A stretch of DNA of 64,000 bases from a virus: the UHGV virus genome UHGV-1380027. One strand, given 5' to 3'. A model generated the notes under the pieces. That model was not told the origin of the DNA. It saw nothing but the letters and a program-made list of their open reading frames with translations, and made no database searches. Both the position numbers and the translations under genes were made by a program. Positions 44,732 through 54,929 of this stretch are shown here, piece after piece. Positions within the stretch are counted from its first letter, which is position 1; the number at the start of each line of letters is the position of its first letter.

Positions 44732-46804
44732 TTATGAGAAGTCTGGCGGAACAACATCTTCTACATACCCTTTCAGAGCAACCTGCCCCATATGCAGAAC
44801 AGTAGAATCTCTGGCGGTAACAGTGATGCTGTCAGACATTACTTGCGGGTATGCCCACACATACTGTTTTACCTCAGGGTATCTATACTCTATGGTTGCC
44901 ATGTTTCCGCAAATACATCTCCATAAAAATTCTTGGTAATTCCTGGTTGGGTCGTAGCCATATACCGGAGCAAGCTCTTTGCTAGGAACGAACCCTGCAA
45001 GGTATTGTATTTCAGACGGTTTCCAACCTAACTTAACGATAGGTATGTTTACAGACTCTTTTGCCTTTTCAATACCTCCCTGCATCACCCAATCGTAGCA
45101 CTCAGTGCAGAAGAAATCAAGAGCACCTGCTTCCTTTTTATATTGGTCAGCAAGGTTCAGTTTTTGCGTAAGCTCGGTTTCCATAATAGTGGGGAAAAAC
45201 AGTAAAGCTGTCATCTGAGCCGATGCAGCGTGTGCTTTTATTGCCTTTGAAATGGCTGCAATACGAGCGCCAAGCTTACCACGACAAAATGCTACATACT
45301 TGTCATAAACACCGCCAGTTTTAGGATCGTCAATAGTCCCAATGTCTAGTGCATATTCACCAGTCTCATCATAAAACGCCTGCTTTGTAGGGTAGTCATA
45401 AATACAAGGCTTACGAGTATCGGTATTGAACCACCACCACGGTTCACCAATCTGCATAATCACTGGTAGGTTGTTTCTCATAGCGGCTGATGCAAAATTC
45501 TTAAATACTGCAGTAAGGAAATTCATGCCCTCTTCAATGGTTGGAGACAGGAGGTAACTACAAGGCGTATAGCCTGTTTTAGCATAGTTATCGTTCCAGT
45601 CTCTCTGGGTCCATTCCAACGGACAGGCATCGCTATAAAGCTCAAAGCTTACAGACTGCATAACGTCGAAGTCATGTCGTTTGGCATTGTACATAAAATC
45701 ATCATGCCATTTATAAGCTGCAGCGTTTAGAGCTCCTGTTTTGTTTATAGACCATTGGGTTCCTGACCATGTGTAGTCATAATAATGGCTCATACCAACA
45801 TAATGGTTTATGGTTCCTGTATAGCCCAGACGCTTGATATTGCTCAACACCCTTAAAGGGGATACGTTCCACATATCGTCATATGCTGTGCAGATCCCAA
45901 CATCGTGTTCTTTCACCTGAATATTGTTAAGTTGCATCATTTTCCAGCCTGTGTCCGGCTGAAGAAGATCTAGACGCAACTCACACTCTACATTTTCCGT
46001 TCTCGGGTCTGTGCTATTACCTACCCAATCTTTAGGCATAAGTGGTATTAGAATCCTTCTCACCTGCCGAGGATCAACACCCATCATGTTGTTGTTCTGG
46101 TCCATCCCGACGCAGTCCTCGAAATCAATATGAATTTCTGCAACATTCTTATCCTCTGAGATGCTGACAGCATATTGAGCTAAAGGAACATAGATGATTG
46201 TACCATCAACAAGGTCTACAGGCATAATCATCTTTTCAGGGGTGGAGAAGTTGCTGGCATTGGTTATTGACATTCTGAACCAAAGCTTGGTGTTTCTCAT
46301 CTCGTAGTGATCATCAAATCCAATGCCGAAATGGTCATACTTGTCAACTGTTTCCCAAATGCACCCAGCCATGCCCCCATATGTTCTTGACACTAAACGG
46401 TTAATACAGCAGTTATTATCCGCAACAATACAGGTGCTTTCAGTCTGCTGTGTGGTTGTAACCCAGTATCTTGGGTGAAACATTCTCTCCTCAACTGTAT
46501 CCCAAGATATTCTGTCAAGATTCTCATCTGAAACTATTGTACATTTCGCTCTTTGTGTTCCAATCATAACCCCTTGGGAGTTTGATGAAAACTCCATAAA
46601 GAAGCTCCTTGGCAACCTGTTTGGCAATTTGTCAACAATTTCTACAGGGATCTCGATACTGGTTGCCCCAACCGGGATAGTTACATCGCCCTCAACATGA
46701 TCATAATCCCTACCCGGAACTGCAGTATCTTGAACTGTGCGGTAATGAAACCGTGCAGCCATTGTAGAGTAATCACGGTAAGGTTTAAAAACAGCTGTTG
46801 CCAT
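44732..46804 (-). CDS. structural protein with N-terminal Calx-beta-like domain (690 aa)
   Basis: HYRTVQDTAVPGRDYDHVEGDVTIPVGATSIEIPVEIVD resembles Calx-beta consensus. Confidence 0.4.
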   Translation of the reverse strand: MATAVFKPYRDYSTMAARFHYRTVQDTAVPGRDYDHVEGDVTIPVGATSIEIPVEIVDKLPNRLPRSFFMEFSSNSQGVMIGTQRAKCTIVSDENLDRISWDTVEERMFHPRYWVTTTQQTESTCIVADNNCCINRLVSRTYGGMAGCIWETVDKYDHFGIGFDDHYEMRNTKLWFRMSITNASNFSTPEKMIMPVDLVDGTIIYVPLAQYAVSISEDKNVAEIHIDFEDCVGMDQNNNMMGVDPRQVRRILIPLMPKDWVGNSTDPRTENVECELRLDLLQPDTGWKMMQLNNIQVKEHDVGICTAYDDMWNVSPLRVLSNIKRLGYTGTINHYVGMSHYYDYTWSGTQWSINKTGALNAAAYKWHDDFMYNAKRHDFDVMQSVSFELYSDACPLEWTQRDWNDNYAKTGYTPCSYLLSPTIEEGMNFLTAVFKNFASAAMRNNLPVIMQIGEPWWWFNTDTRKPCIYDYPTKQAFYDETGEYALDIGTIDDPKTGGVYDKYVAFCRGKLGARIAAISKAIKAHAASAQMTALLFFPTIMETELTQKLNLADQYKKEAGALDFFCTECYDWVMQGGIEKAKESVNIPIVKLGWKPSEIQYLAGFVPSKELAPVYGYDPTRNYQEFLWRCICGNMATIEYRYPEVKQYVWAYPQVMSDSITVTARDSTVLHMGQVALKGYVEDVVPPDFS

Positions 46805-47490
46805 TAACCCTCCTGTCTAGTTGCGTTTACTGTAATACTTTCACAATAAATGGTTGTAGTGTCCCAATCAGGTCTTACGTCAGGAACATATAACAAAGTA
46901 GCCAGCCCACCAACCCCGAACTGATTTTCTTCCCACACTGATCCAAAGCCGAGAGCTGTAGAGTCCCCTTCAAAACCAAAAGCTTGTCCTTGCGACTCCG
47001 TAAGACGCAAATGACAAGGCAATGGCAGCATATCTAAGATTTGGTCGATAGACTGCAATATGTCAAAGCAAGTTTTTCTAATGTTTATGTCAAACCTGAA
47101 ATTGTCACCTTTCCACGTATCGAAATTATCTCTTCCGAACAACTGTCGTAAGGTGGAGATGACATCTTCGCGAGTACCACCTCTTGATGATGCTGCCTGC
47201 TGAATAATCAGCGTAGCACGAAAATCCGCGTCTGAAAGACCATTCCTAAGAATACCAAGTTGATTACCAACTTCGTCAAGGTATCTCCCGCTGGCATTGT
47301 TAAGCAATCTTCCTTCAGCCAAGCCTACCAGCATTTTATCAACATTCTTCAACCTTTTAAGGTACACGGTTAAGAATGTGACTAAATTAACCTTCTCAGC
47401 CAGAAAATCCCCAGGGAGGTAATCAAGACCTCCCTGAACAAAATCTGGCAGAGTGTGGATGTGGTTGACATCCGACTTAATCTCTGCCAT
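46804..47490 (-). CDS. putative baseplate protein (228 aa)
   Basis: follows baseplate-J-like gene with ATG/stop overlap, as in P2-type J-I arrangement; no motif recognised. Confidence 0.3.
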   Translation of the reverse strand: MAEIKSDVNHIHTLPDFVQGGLDYLPGDFLAEKVNLVTFLTVYLKRLKNVDKMLVGLAEGRLLNNASGRYLDEVGNQLGILRNGLSDADFRATLIIQQAASSRGGTREDVISTLRQLFGRDNFDTWKGDNFRFDINIRKTCFDILQSIDQILDMLPLPCHLRLTESQGQAFGFEGDSTALGFGSVWEENQFGVGGLATLLYVPDVRPDWDTTTIYCESITVNATRQEG

Positions 47491-47501
47491 ATCTCACCGC
47501 C

Positions 47502-48992
47502 TTAAATAGTTTGTTGGAAAGTTATATTACTTTCGTCTAGATCAAACACCTCAGTCATGTTTGCAACAATATCGTTTGTGGTGTAAGCTTCATCAGAGGC
47601 CCCCACAGGTTTGACTTGAATTACAAGTCTGTTAAATCTGCCTATTGACACAGCAGCCGATGCAGCACCAACCAATTGGATATTGTACAACGTATCTGCA
47701 ACATCCAGTCCGTTAACAACCTGCAAAAGAGCCTCTACAATGGCATCTTTTTCTGTTGTGGAAAGCGCAGCACCTGAGTAGGTAATTCTTACATCTAGGC
47801 GGTAGGTATTTGCCTTGGAGTAATAAATCCTTTCAGTCTGACCGTCTGATGTGGTAATATCGTAGAAGATATTCCCATAAGTTCTATTTGTGCAAGCTAT
47901 GGTTTGATACAGCGCCTGACAGATATCCTCTGTTGCACCACCAAACACCACCACTTGAAACTTATAAGGTGGTATACCTTTCGCATCCGTTTTATCGGTG
48001 TTGTTAGAGAACACTCTTACTTTCTCAACACCTTTCACCTCGCTTACAGCGCTAAGGATTGCAGGACGGGTAGCTTTAGATGTCAGCTGTTTAGTGCTGG
48101 AAGCTCTTAAGCGATACTCAGAGTCTTTCTCAACATCCCTGCCCTCATTGAATCTTTCTCGGTTGGTAAGCTTGATAAATCCACTGGGAGTAGGTGACAT
48201 TGTTGTCACGGTTTCTGCCCCTCTTGACAGCTCACCAGCCTCGTTAGCGATAACATCTAGGGTGATAGTTCTTTCCCCTACAATCGGGGATACTCTGAAA
48301 TCTACCCTGCTATTAAGTCCAACTTGATAAAGATTCGAATTGTACCCTATCCACAACGTCCCTGTCAACATATCTATCTGAATTAAATCATCATTCAGCA
48401 GGGTTGTATTATCGACAATGAATTGCTTAATCTCGCCGTAAAAGCTTGGCAAATCAGAAGAGTCCAGAGCCTTATCTGTTAAAACCAGACTTTTTGTTTT
48501 GATACTTCCGTCTGTCTGGTTGGTAATTTGAAAGTTGTATTTCCCAATTCTTAGGTCTGGAGCGTTTATTCTGTGAGCAATAAGATTTCCCGCCACCTGC
48601 ACATCGTTGCTAAGAACAAAGTTGCCACTGTCCAGCGTATAAGTTTTGGAATCATAAATCATATTGTACGGCACAGTTGTGTTGATTGTCAACTGGCAGG
48701 TACCTGATGATTTAGAACGGCCTCTTCGGTAAATACCCTGTCTTCCAAGAAGCTCATCTAGGTAAATACCTTCTGCCCCGTACAGCGTCTGCGATGCGTA
48801 TACAGATGCTGCCATAAGAATAAGTTGATACTCTCGCTCGTTGAAGATAGTGGTCAGCTTATCTGCAACGGAGTTACTCTGTACGTTGAAGTTTTCGCCA
48901 AAAGCACGGATCAGGCTTTGCTTAGTTTCAACGATTAGGTCATTTAGGGTTGGTATAACGAAACCAGCCTCTGTCAATCCATACTTAGCCAC
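47502..48992 (-). CDS. baseplate J-like protein (496 aa)
   Basis: N-terminus YGLTEAGFVIPTLNDLIVETKQSLIRAFGENFNVQSNSV matches the characteristic N-terminus of baseplate J family proteins. Confidence 0.55.
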   Translation of the reverse strand: MAKYGLTEAGFVIPTLNDLIVETKQSLIRAFGENFNVQSNSVADKLTTIFNEREYQLILMAASVYASQTLYGAEGIYLDELLGRQGIYRRGRSKSSGTCQLTINTTVPYNMIYDSKTYTLDSGNFVLSNDVQVAGNLIAHRINAPDLRIGKYNFQITNQTDGSIKTKSLVLTDKALDSSDLPSFYGEIKQFIVDNTTLLNDDLIQIDMLTGTLWIGYNSNLYQVGLNSRVDFRVSPIVGERTITLDVIANEAGELSRGAETVTTMSPTPSGFIKLTNRERFNEGRDVEKDSEYRLRASSTKQLTSKATRPAILSAVSEVKGVEKVRVFSNNTDKTDAKGIPPYKFQVVVFGGATEDICQALYQTIACTNRTYGNIFYDITTSDGQTERIYYSKANTYRLDVRITYSGAALSTTEKDAIVEALLQVVNGLDVADTLYNIQLVGAASAAVSIGRFNRLVIQVKPVGASDEAYTTNDIVANMTEVFDLDESNITFQQTI

Positions 48993-49072
48993 GTCACTCC
49001 TCCGGTATGAAAATCTCTACAAGGTATTTTACCAAATTTTGTAACAATAGTCAATCTGAGCATAAAAATAAA

Positions 49073-49088
49073 CCCCGCCGAAGCGGGG
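49073..49088 (-). terminator. rho-independent terminator hairpin (UUCG-loop type)
   Basis: minus-strand RNA CCCCGC-UUCG-GCGGGG followed by UUUAUUUUUAU. Confidence 0.65.
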
Positions 49089-49096
49089 CTTTACTG

Positions 49097-52000
49097 TTAG
49101 CCATGAGACTCGTTCCAAGGTCCCTGGAAGCTAGAGTTTGAACGACTAACTATTACGGTTGGACAAGATATTGTAACTCCTGTCACGCTTGACCTTGGTG
49201 TGTATATCTCGACGATAATGTCTATGGTTTGTTCACCGAGACCAGTTATCCCTACCGCACACATGCCGTTGTTGTCGTTTCCGTACTTCTTGCCTGCAAG
49301 GATTTGATGTCCGGCTATCCAAACGTTGAGCTGGGAGCCAGACAAGGTTCCGTTTAGTTTAAAGAAGAATGTTACGTTCTTACCTTGCCCTGAAACGTTG
49401 TCCACATATCTCCACCTCCAACGGCAAACCCCCTGCTGCGAGTTATATACCGGAGGACAGTCACCATAGGTCCTATGTGCAACGATTGCACCTTCGAACT
49501 GGTCAGCACGGATAACGGAAGCTTCTACACGTCCACGGAATGTACCTCCTGTTGCATCTATGGTGCCTCTAAAGCTACCATTATTGGCATAAACATCCCC
49601 ACGGAAAGTGCCACTGGTAGCGTTAACTGCCCCTGTGAAGTTACCTGCACTAGCGTTGATGTTACCTTTCACCCACACATCCATAAACTGGGCGTGTCCG
49701 TTCTTGTTAATATACCAACCGTATTTATGGTACCCGTTGCCATCGTAGTTGTTAGACGAAATTTCTTGTGCAATCTTGGCAGAAGAGATCGTCCCGTTCT
49801 CTATAAAAGCATCTTTCAAGAACGCTTGGTTGTTCTTGATTGCGAAAGCAAGGGTTGCTGTTCCATTTCCGGGGTTGTATACCGCAAAGTTGTTTGCACT
49901 AACCATGAAGTATGATTGAACTTGGCCTCCAGAGCCTTCCATGCCCAATTGGATACCTGCCACATACTTATTCCCTGCGGAGTCTACCTGTATTTTTGTG
50001 CCCCATTGAGCATTTACTTTGCCCTCTAAGTCTGTCACAGCCTTAGATGTTGTAGCTACTGCAGCTCTAAGCTCTGACACATCACCGACATCATCAATGA
50101 TCTCCTGCTTAGCAACAGCAAGTTCTTGACGAATAGCTGACGCTGTGCCGTTAATAAGATCCACGGTTGCTTTGTTGGTATCGGAGATTGTAGCGTCCAG
50201 TGCTGTTTTTGTGGAGGTCAGCTTACCATCCAAATCCTTAATCGCCTGTTTGTTGGTAGAAATTTCTCCACGTGCAGAAGTTATCTGCTCCGACAGTGCA
50301 GAGGTTTTCTGATTCAACAAATCTGTGGTGGCCTTGTTGGTATTGGCAATCAAGGTATTGAGATCAGTTTTTGCGGTAGTTATCTTACCATCAAGGGTGG
50401 TATAGTTCTTAGATACCGTCGCGTTTGTCTGACTGATCTTTTGATCCAGAGTTTCAGATGTCCTGTTGAGAAGATCCACTGTCGCCTGGTTGGTGCTTAA
50501 GATGCTTGCATCAAGTTCCGTTCTCTGAGTATTGATCTTGCCATCTAGAGTTTTATCTCCGGCAAGGTATCCGCTCTCCACACCACTTATTTGTTCTACC
50601 AACTCCCCTTTGGCTGCAACCAATTTCTCGTCTAAAGCCTCTGTCTTTTTGTTCAGAAGATCAGTGGTTGCTTTGTTGGTTGTCTCGATCAGGGATGCCA
50701 GTCTTCCACTTTCAGTGTTCAGATCGTTGGTGAACTTGTTCTGTGCAGCAACAAGTTTCCTATCCAGAGCTGTGATATTACCATTGACATCCTCAAACTT
50801 CTGAGTTGTCTCTGCAACTACTGCACCTATCCTATCTCCAAGTTGTTGGAATGCCTCATCTACCCTTCCGTCCATGTACTTGTTAAGCTCTGTGACACGA
50901 TTTTCAACCTCCTCGATAGAGGAATCTAAAGTGCTCATCAACTCTTTATAAGTTTCTGTCTTTTTAAATTCAGCATCTATCTGAGGCATCAAATCTTCAA
51001 TAGAGGTGTAGCAGCGTGCAGCGCATTCTACAAACTGAGAACTACCAAAAGCGTTTGTGGTTCGAATATACCAATAATAAATCTTATCGTTCTGCAGACC
51101 TTCAGATGTCCAAGTTGAACCAACACCCATACGGGTAGCTTTTGAAGTAACGGTTGCATCACTTGTGTCCGGCAACCTTGTCATACCAGATGTCCAAAAA
51201 TCATACTGGGTGCTTACACTTGCTAAGTCCCTGCTGTGCGGAATCAAGGTGATAGCAAAGTATCCCTGCTTAACTTCTACAGAAACAGGAGCTTCAGGTG
51301 CTTGAATGTTGAACTCGCAGTAGGCTTCTGGAGATACACCACCCTTATAAGATGTTGCAACCACGGTTGCTGTGTATGACCCTTTGGTCAATCCTTCTAC
51401 GCGGACAAACTGCTCGACTGTTTGTGCTGTCCAAATAATCTCTCCGTTCTTTCTTACCTGCACAATATTTTGAGCATAAGTTCCAACGTTGTCCCAAGCC
51501 AAAACACCATGAGTTACTTCCCCAGCTTGAAGAACAGAGTATCTGAAGTTTTGCGGTTGAGCTACACCGGACGGGGATATCGGAATATCCACATCTCCAG
51601 AATCCGGAAGTTGCCCTGTGGCATCATTCCACTCTTTAGCATCTTGACGGAGTTTTACCTTGACACCGCCCTTTTTGGTGAACTCCCATTCAAGAACCCT
51701 CATTTCTTGGCCCACTATACCAATACTTGGGAGGTCCATCGTAACGTAACGCCCAGGCTTAAATTTAAAACCCCGCATATTGCAGGTTACTTCAATAATC
51801 CTGCCAGCTCTGGCACGTCTTAAGAATATTGCGGAAACACGCTGAGCCTGATAAGGACTGGTAACAAAACGATAATCTATATCAATTATCTTTCTTTCTC
51901 CGTCCTTCTCTACCCATTCAGGTACGAACACCGATGGGAAGTCTGTTTCAGAATACCCTTTGGTTGGACTGGTGAATCTCCCAGTTATTGTGTTTGATCT

Positions 52001-52930
52001 TTTGTCGAAGGAGGCTTCAGGATAGATCTTAACCTCACCGCAAACACAGTCCTCACTCAGTGTCATTGTTGCCGGGCCATAGTATGCACCTACCAGCAGA
52101 CCGTATTTGCCAGCTACATAGCTAAGGTCTGCACCACAAGCCTTCAGCATTTCTGCCATAATACTTGCTGGTGCTTCGTCCATGTCGAACTCACCATTAA
52201 TAGTGTAACGGCGCTCACTGGTTCCGTCCGCGTTTTTTACAGCCTCGTCGCATATGTTGGCAGCTTCCTTGAAGGACTCCCAGTTGATGGTTTCGTCAGG
52301 ACATTTAAGGTACGTTCTTAGATAGTCCAGAATCACCAAGGCAGCGTTGTTGGTATACACCTCTTTACTGATACGAGGATCATAACATTTTTTACCAACC
52401 TTGACAAGTGTAACGTTTGGCAACCCAAAAGGAAACTTGTTAGGGTCAAACTTAAAGCTGGCACGTAGCCAACTGATCCCTCTACCTATCATGTCTGGTG
52501 ACCACGAAGGGCAGTGTGTGCCCATGAAAGGATCAGAGGTTTTCCTGTCGTTATGCAACTCCCACGATACCAAATCCCCATACGAGGAAATAGGATTACC
52601 GTCGATAAGTATATCTTCTATACCTTCCAAGGGATGATTGGCAAGAACAATAGCACAATGAAGGGTTCTGTCCCTGTCCTGCTCCAAAAACGCAAGCAAT
52701 CCAGATGTGCGTGTCTTCCCATACACTACAGAGCAAGGTGCAGCAGAAGATCTGAGAAGCTTTTGTCTATCTTGTGGACTTCTGTAAGATTTGTTGCCTT
52801 CGAAAATCTTATCAAGGGTTCTGGTGGTAACAGTGTTCAGGCTGTCAGCCAGAGCTGCCTTGGATGCGTTCCAGTCATAGCTCGAAGATCTTGCAGAAGC
52901 AACGATGTTATCAATCATTGCAATTGGCAT
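49097..52930 (-). CDS. large tail/host-specificity-like structural protein (1277 aa) with internal ~53-aa repeats and C-terminal GTFRG repeats
   Basis: fibronectin-III-like segment (SYTATVVATSYKGGVSPEAY), four to five coiled-coil repeat units (TNKATTDLLNKKTEALDEKL etc.), GNFTG/GTFRG/GSFRG beta repeats. Confidence 0.5.
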   Translation of the reverse strand: MPIAMIDNIVASARSSSYDWNASKAALADSLNTVTTRTLDKIFEGNKSYRSPQDRQKLLRSSAAPCSVVYGKTRTSGLLAFLEQDRDRTLHCAIVLANHPLEGIEDILIDGNPISSYGDLVSWELHNDRKTSDPFMGTHCPSWSPDMIGRGISWLRASFKFDPNKFPFGLPNVTLVKVGKKCYDPRISKEVYTNNAALVILDYLRTYLKCPDETINWESFKEAANICDEAVKNADGTSERRYTINGEFDMDEAPASIMAEMLKACGADLSYVAGKYGLLVGAYYGPATMTLSEDCVCGEVKIYPEASFDKRSNTITGRFTSPTKGYSETDFPSVFVPEWVEKDGERKIIDIDYRFVTSPYQAQRVSAIFLRRARAGRIIEVTCNMRGFKFKPGRYVTMDLPSIGIVGQEMRVLEWEFTKKGGVKVKLRQDAKEWNDATGQLPDSGDVDIPISPSGVAQPQNFRYSVLQAGEVTHGVLAWDNVGTYAQNIVQVRKNGEIIWTAQTVEQFVRVEGLTKGSYTATVVATSYKGGVSPEAYCEFNIQAPEAPVSVEVKQGYFAITLIPHSRDLASVSTQYDFWTSGMTRLPDTSDATVTSKATRMGVGSTWTSEGLQNDKIYYWYIRTTNAFGSSQFVECAARCYTSIEDLMPQIDAEFKKTETYKELMSTLDSSIEEVENRVTELNKYMDGRVDEAFQQLGDRIGAVVAETTQKFEDVNGNITALDRKLVAAQNKFTNDLNTESGRLASLIETTNKATTDLLNKKTEALDEKLVAAKGELVEQISGVESGYLAGDKTLDGKINTQRTELDASILSTNQATVDLLNRTSETLDQKISQTNATVSKNYTTLDGKITTAKTDLNTLIANTNKATTDLLNQKTSALSEQITSARGEISTNKQAIKDLDGKLTSTKTALDATISDTNKATVDLINGTASAIRQELAVAKQEIIDDVGDVSELRAAVATTSKAVTDLEGKVNAQWGTKIQVDSAGNKYVAGIQLGMEGSGGQVQSYFMVSANNFAVYNPGNGTATLAFAIKNNQAFLKDAFIENGTISSAKIAQEISSNNYDGNGYHKYGWYINKNGHAQFMDVWVKGNINASAGNFTGAVNATSGTFRGDVYANNGSFRGTIDATGGTFRGRVEASVIRADQFEGAIVAHRTYGDCPPVYNSQQGVCRWRWRYVDNVSGQGKNVTFFFKLNGTLSGSQLNVWIAGHQILAGKKYGNDNNGMCAVGITGLGEQTIDIIVEIYTPRSSVTGVTISCPTVIVSRSNSSFQGPWNESHG

Positions 52931-53367
52931 TAATACCTCCAGACATCAACAACGATAGAATCTTTCATGTCGAACATAAAGATCCCTTTATCACCTTTCG
53001 CCCAAATCTGGTTGTTCCAGAACACACCAGCGGTGAGCCCGTTCAGACCTTCGAAAATAACAATATCACCACGCTGAACCTGTTTAGGAGTATCCAGTCG
53101 AGTCAAAAAGAGATCAAAAATAGTAGGCAGATGTGTGGTTTTGAAACGAAGCATGCACCATCTCTTGCTTTCCAACTCTGTTTTATACGTTCCTTCAAAG
53201 TTAGAAAGAAAATCTGTTCCGTATTGGGCATCAACACACTTAGCCGCAAAAGTGCAGCAATCGTGGAATCCCCATTCAAACGGGACGGTGACTTCTTCGT
53301 CAAACACTTTCCACAATCTTTCTTGCCAGTCCACTAAACGAGGGTGTGTGCTCATTAAACCTCCCAA
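52930..53367 (-). CDS. tail-associated protein, possibly NlpC/P60-like (145 aa)
   Basis: FHDCCTFAAKC and RGDIVIF motifs; weak. Confidence 0.3.
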   Translation of the reverse strand: MGGLMSTHPRLVDWQERLWKVFDEEVTVPFEWGFHDCCTFAAKCVDAQYGTDFLSNFEGTYKTELESKRWCMLRFKTTHLPTIFDLFLTRLDTPKQVQRGDIVIFEGLNGLTAGVFWNNQIWAKGDKGIFMFDMKDSIVVDVWRY

Positions 53368-53921
53368 ATGATCGGGCGGCTTGCCACCTGATCCACATAT
53401 TTAAAAAATCTGTCATTATCGTTTCTTGAGCTATGGCTCTCCTCTGTGTATCGATAAGGAAAACCTCTTAACCAGCTGTTGAAGATGGAAGATATGGATA
53501 TGGACAAAGCACTATTCTCCCCTGTCTGAATAGCCATGTCTGTTATAAGGCCGTCAAACAAGCCATTGGTTGTAACAGGTAAACCATTCTCCATAGCTGT
53601 GATATACAACGTGGCACGACAACCCGAATACTCCGTCTTCAGCAGATCACCTACATACTTGGGATCAAACCCGTTCAATGTTGCTACCACAGACCCAAAG
53701 TTGGTGGCATCTTTCTCAGATACAGCAGTCAATGTTGCTGATCCACCTATCCCTATAAAATGCTGCCCCTCAATCACCACAACACCAGTGCCTGAGCACA
53801 CCCTGACAGTTCCTGTTGGCAGCTCTAGCTTTGCGGCAATTAAGATCTCAACACTATCAAGCTCTAGCTTTTCAAGAAATAAATTATCTAATGGCGCTCT
53901 TATCATCTTAGAAATCCTCAA
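53355..53921 (-). CDS. hypothetical tail protein (188 aa)
   Basis: co-oriented ORF within tail module. Confidence 0.4.
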   Translation of the reverse strand: MRISKMIRAPLDNLFLEKLELDSVEILIAAKLELPTGTVRVCSGTGVVVIEGQHFIGIGGSATLTAVSEKDATNFGSVVATLNGFDPKYVGDLLKTEYSGCRATLYITAMENGLPVTTNGLFDGLITDMAIQTGENSALSISISSIFNSWLRGFPYRYTEESHSSRNDNDRFFKYVDQVASRPIIWEV

Positions 53922-54501
53922 AAAAGTTGATAACTATATTATCACCTTTCTGCATAGCATCAACCTTTTGCTTAATCTTATAGAGATCCCTGATATGAAA
54001 TCTACCCTTCGGAGATTGAGTTATTATCTTCATAGTATCCCCTGCGGCAATAGGTTTTCTAAGTCTTGGTGATATGTTTATAACAGCTGCCCCCACACCA
54101 TCACTTCGCACTGAGGATGTCACAACTTTCAACTCATCATTGACAGATATTTTATCCCCAGCCCTGACTATATCTCTGTTCGGTTCCCAACCAACCGTCT
54201 TCAAAAAATCGTCATTACCAGTTGGTCCTAGAGCGATTGGTTCATTGGAAGTAACTGAATGACCATAAGCCTTGATAAGAAAAATGTTTCCATCTTTGTA
54301 AACCTGATCAACAAAACTTTTAAGCTCCAATAGCTGGGACTCACTTATATTGGAAACCGTCAAAGTTCCTTTCCAGTTGGGCGTGGCATAGGTTACTTTT
54401 TGCGTCTTACCTGTAAACGGGCTTTTAAACGTAACAATATCTGCCAGCAACTCCAATCTAATATCTGGAAGATATCTAGGTCTTTCCCATAAAAACATCA
54501 T
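53908..54501 (-). CDS. hypothetical tail protein (197 aa)
   Basis: co-oriented ORF within tail module. Confidence 0.4.
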   Translation of the reverse strand: MMFLWERPRYLPDIRLELLADIVTFKSPFTGKTQKVTYATPNWKGTLTVSNISESQLLELKSFVDQVYKDGNIFLIKAYGHSVTSNEPIALGPTGNDDFLKTVGWEPNRDIVRAGDKISVNDELKVVTSSVRSDGVGAAVINISPRLRKPIAAGDTMKIITQSPKGRFHIRDLYKIKQKVDAMQKGDNIVINFFEDF

Positions 54502-54570
54502 GCCTCCAGGTTAAACAATTATGATAGTTATTTTACCAGATTTTAAGTTAATACGCAATACAAACAAAAA

Positions 54571-54590
54571 GCCCTCGCCGAAGCGAGGGC
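54571..54590 (-). terminator. rho-independent terminator hairpin (UUCG-loop type)
   Basis: minus-strand RNA GCCCUCGC-UUCG-GCGAGGGC followed by UUUUUGUUUGUAUU. Confidence 0.65.
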
Positions 54591-54596
54591 AATACT

Positions 54597-54929
54597 TTAA
54601 AGTGCTTCCAAGGTAGATACTGATGGGTCGAACATGTTCAACCTTATCGGATCTACAATTTTTCCGCTTTTAGAGATGATATTTTCTGCATCTTCGTCTA
54701 GAGCCAGAACGTTGACATAAAACAATTCACTTTTCTCGCAAACCGGGTAGACAACCATGTTGCCAAACTCATCCTCGGCCTCATAAGTGTCTTCAGTTTC
54801 TGTGTAAATGAACCCGACAACCTCTACAAGAAGGGTGTTTTGCAACACCTCATTCTCGTAAAAGCCGATTTCGTCCATGAAACCGTTAAAATCCTCCCTA
54901 CCAGTAAACCCAAGGGTAAAAGTATTCAT
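54597..54929 (-). CDS. hypothetical acidic protein (110 aa), possible fibre/spike chaperone
   Basis: ORF coupled to end of tailspike-like gene (stop/start overlap). Confidence 0.4.
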   Translation of the reverse strand: MNTFTLGFTGREDFNGFMDEIGFYENEVLQNTLLVEVVGFIYTETEDTYEAEDEFGNMVVYPVCEKSELFYVNVLALDEDAENIISKSGKIVDPIRLNMFDPSVSTLEAL

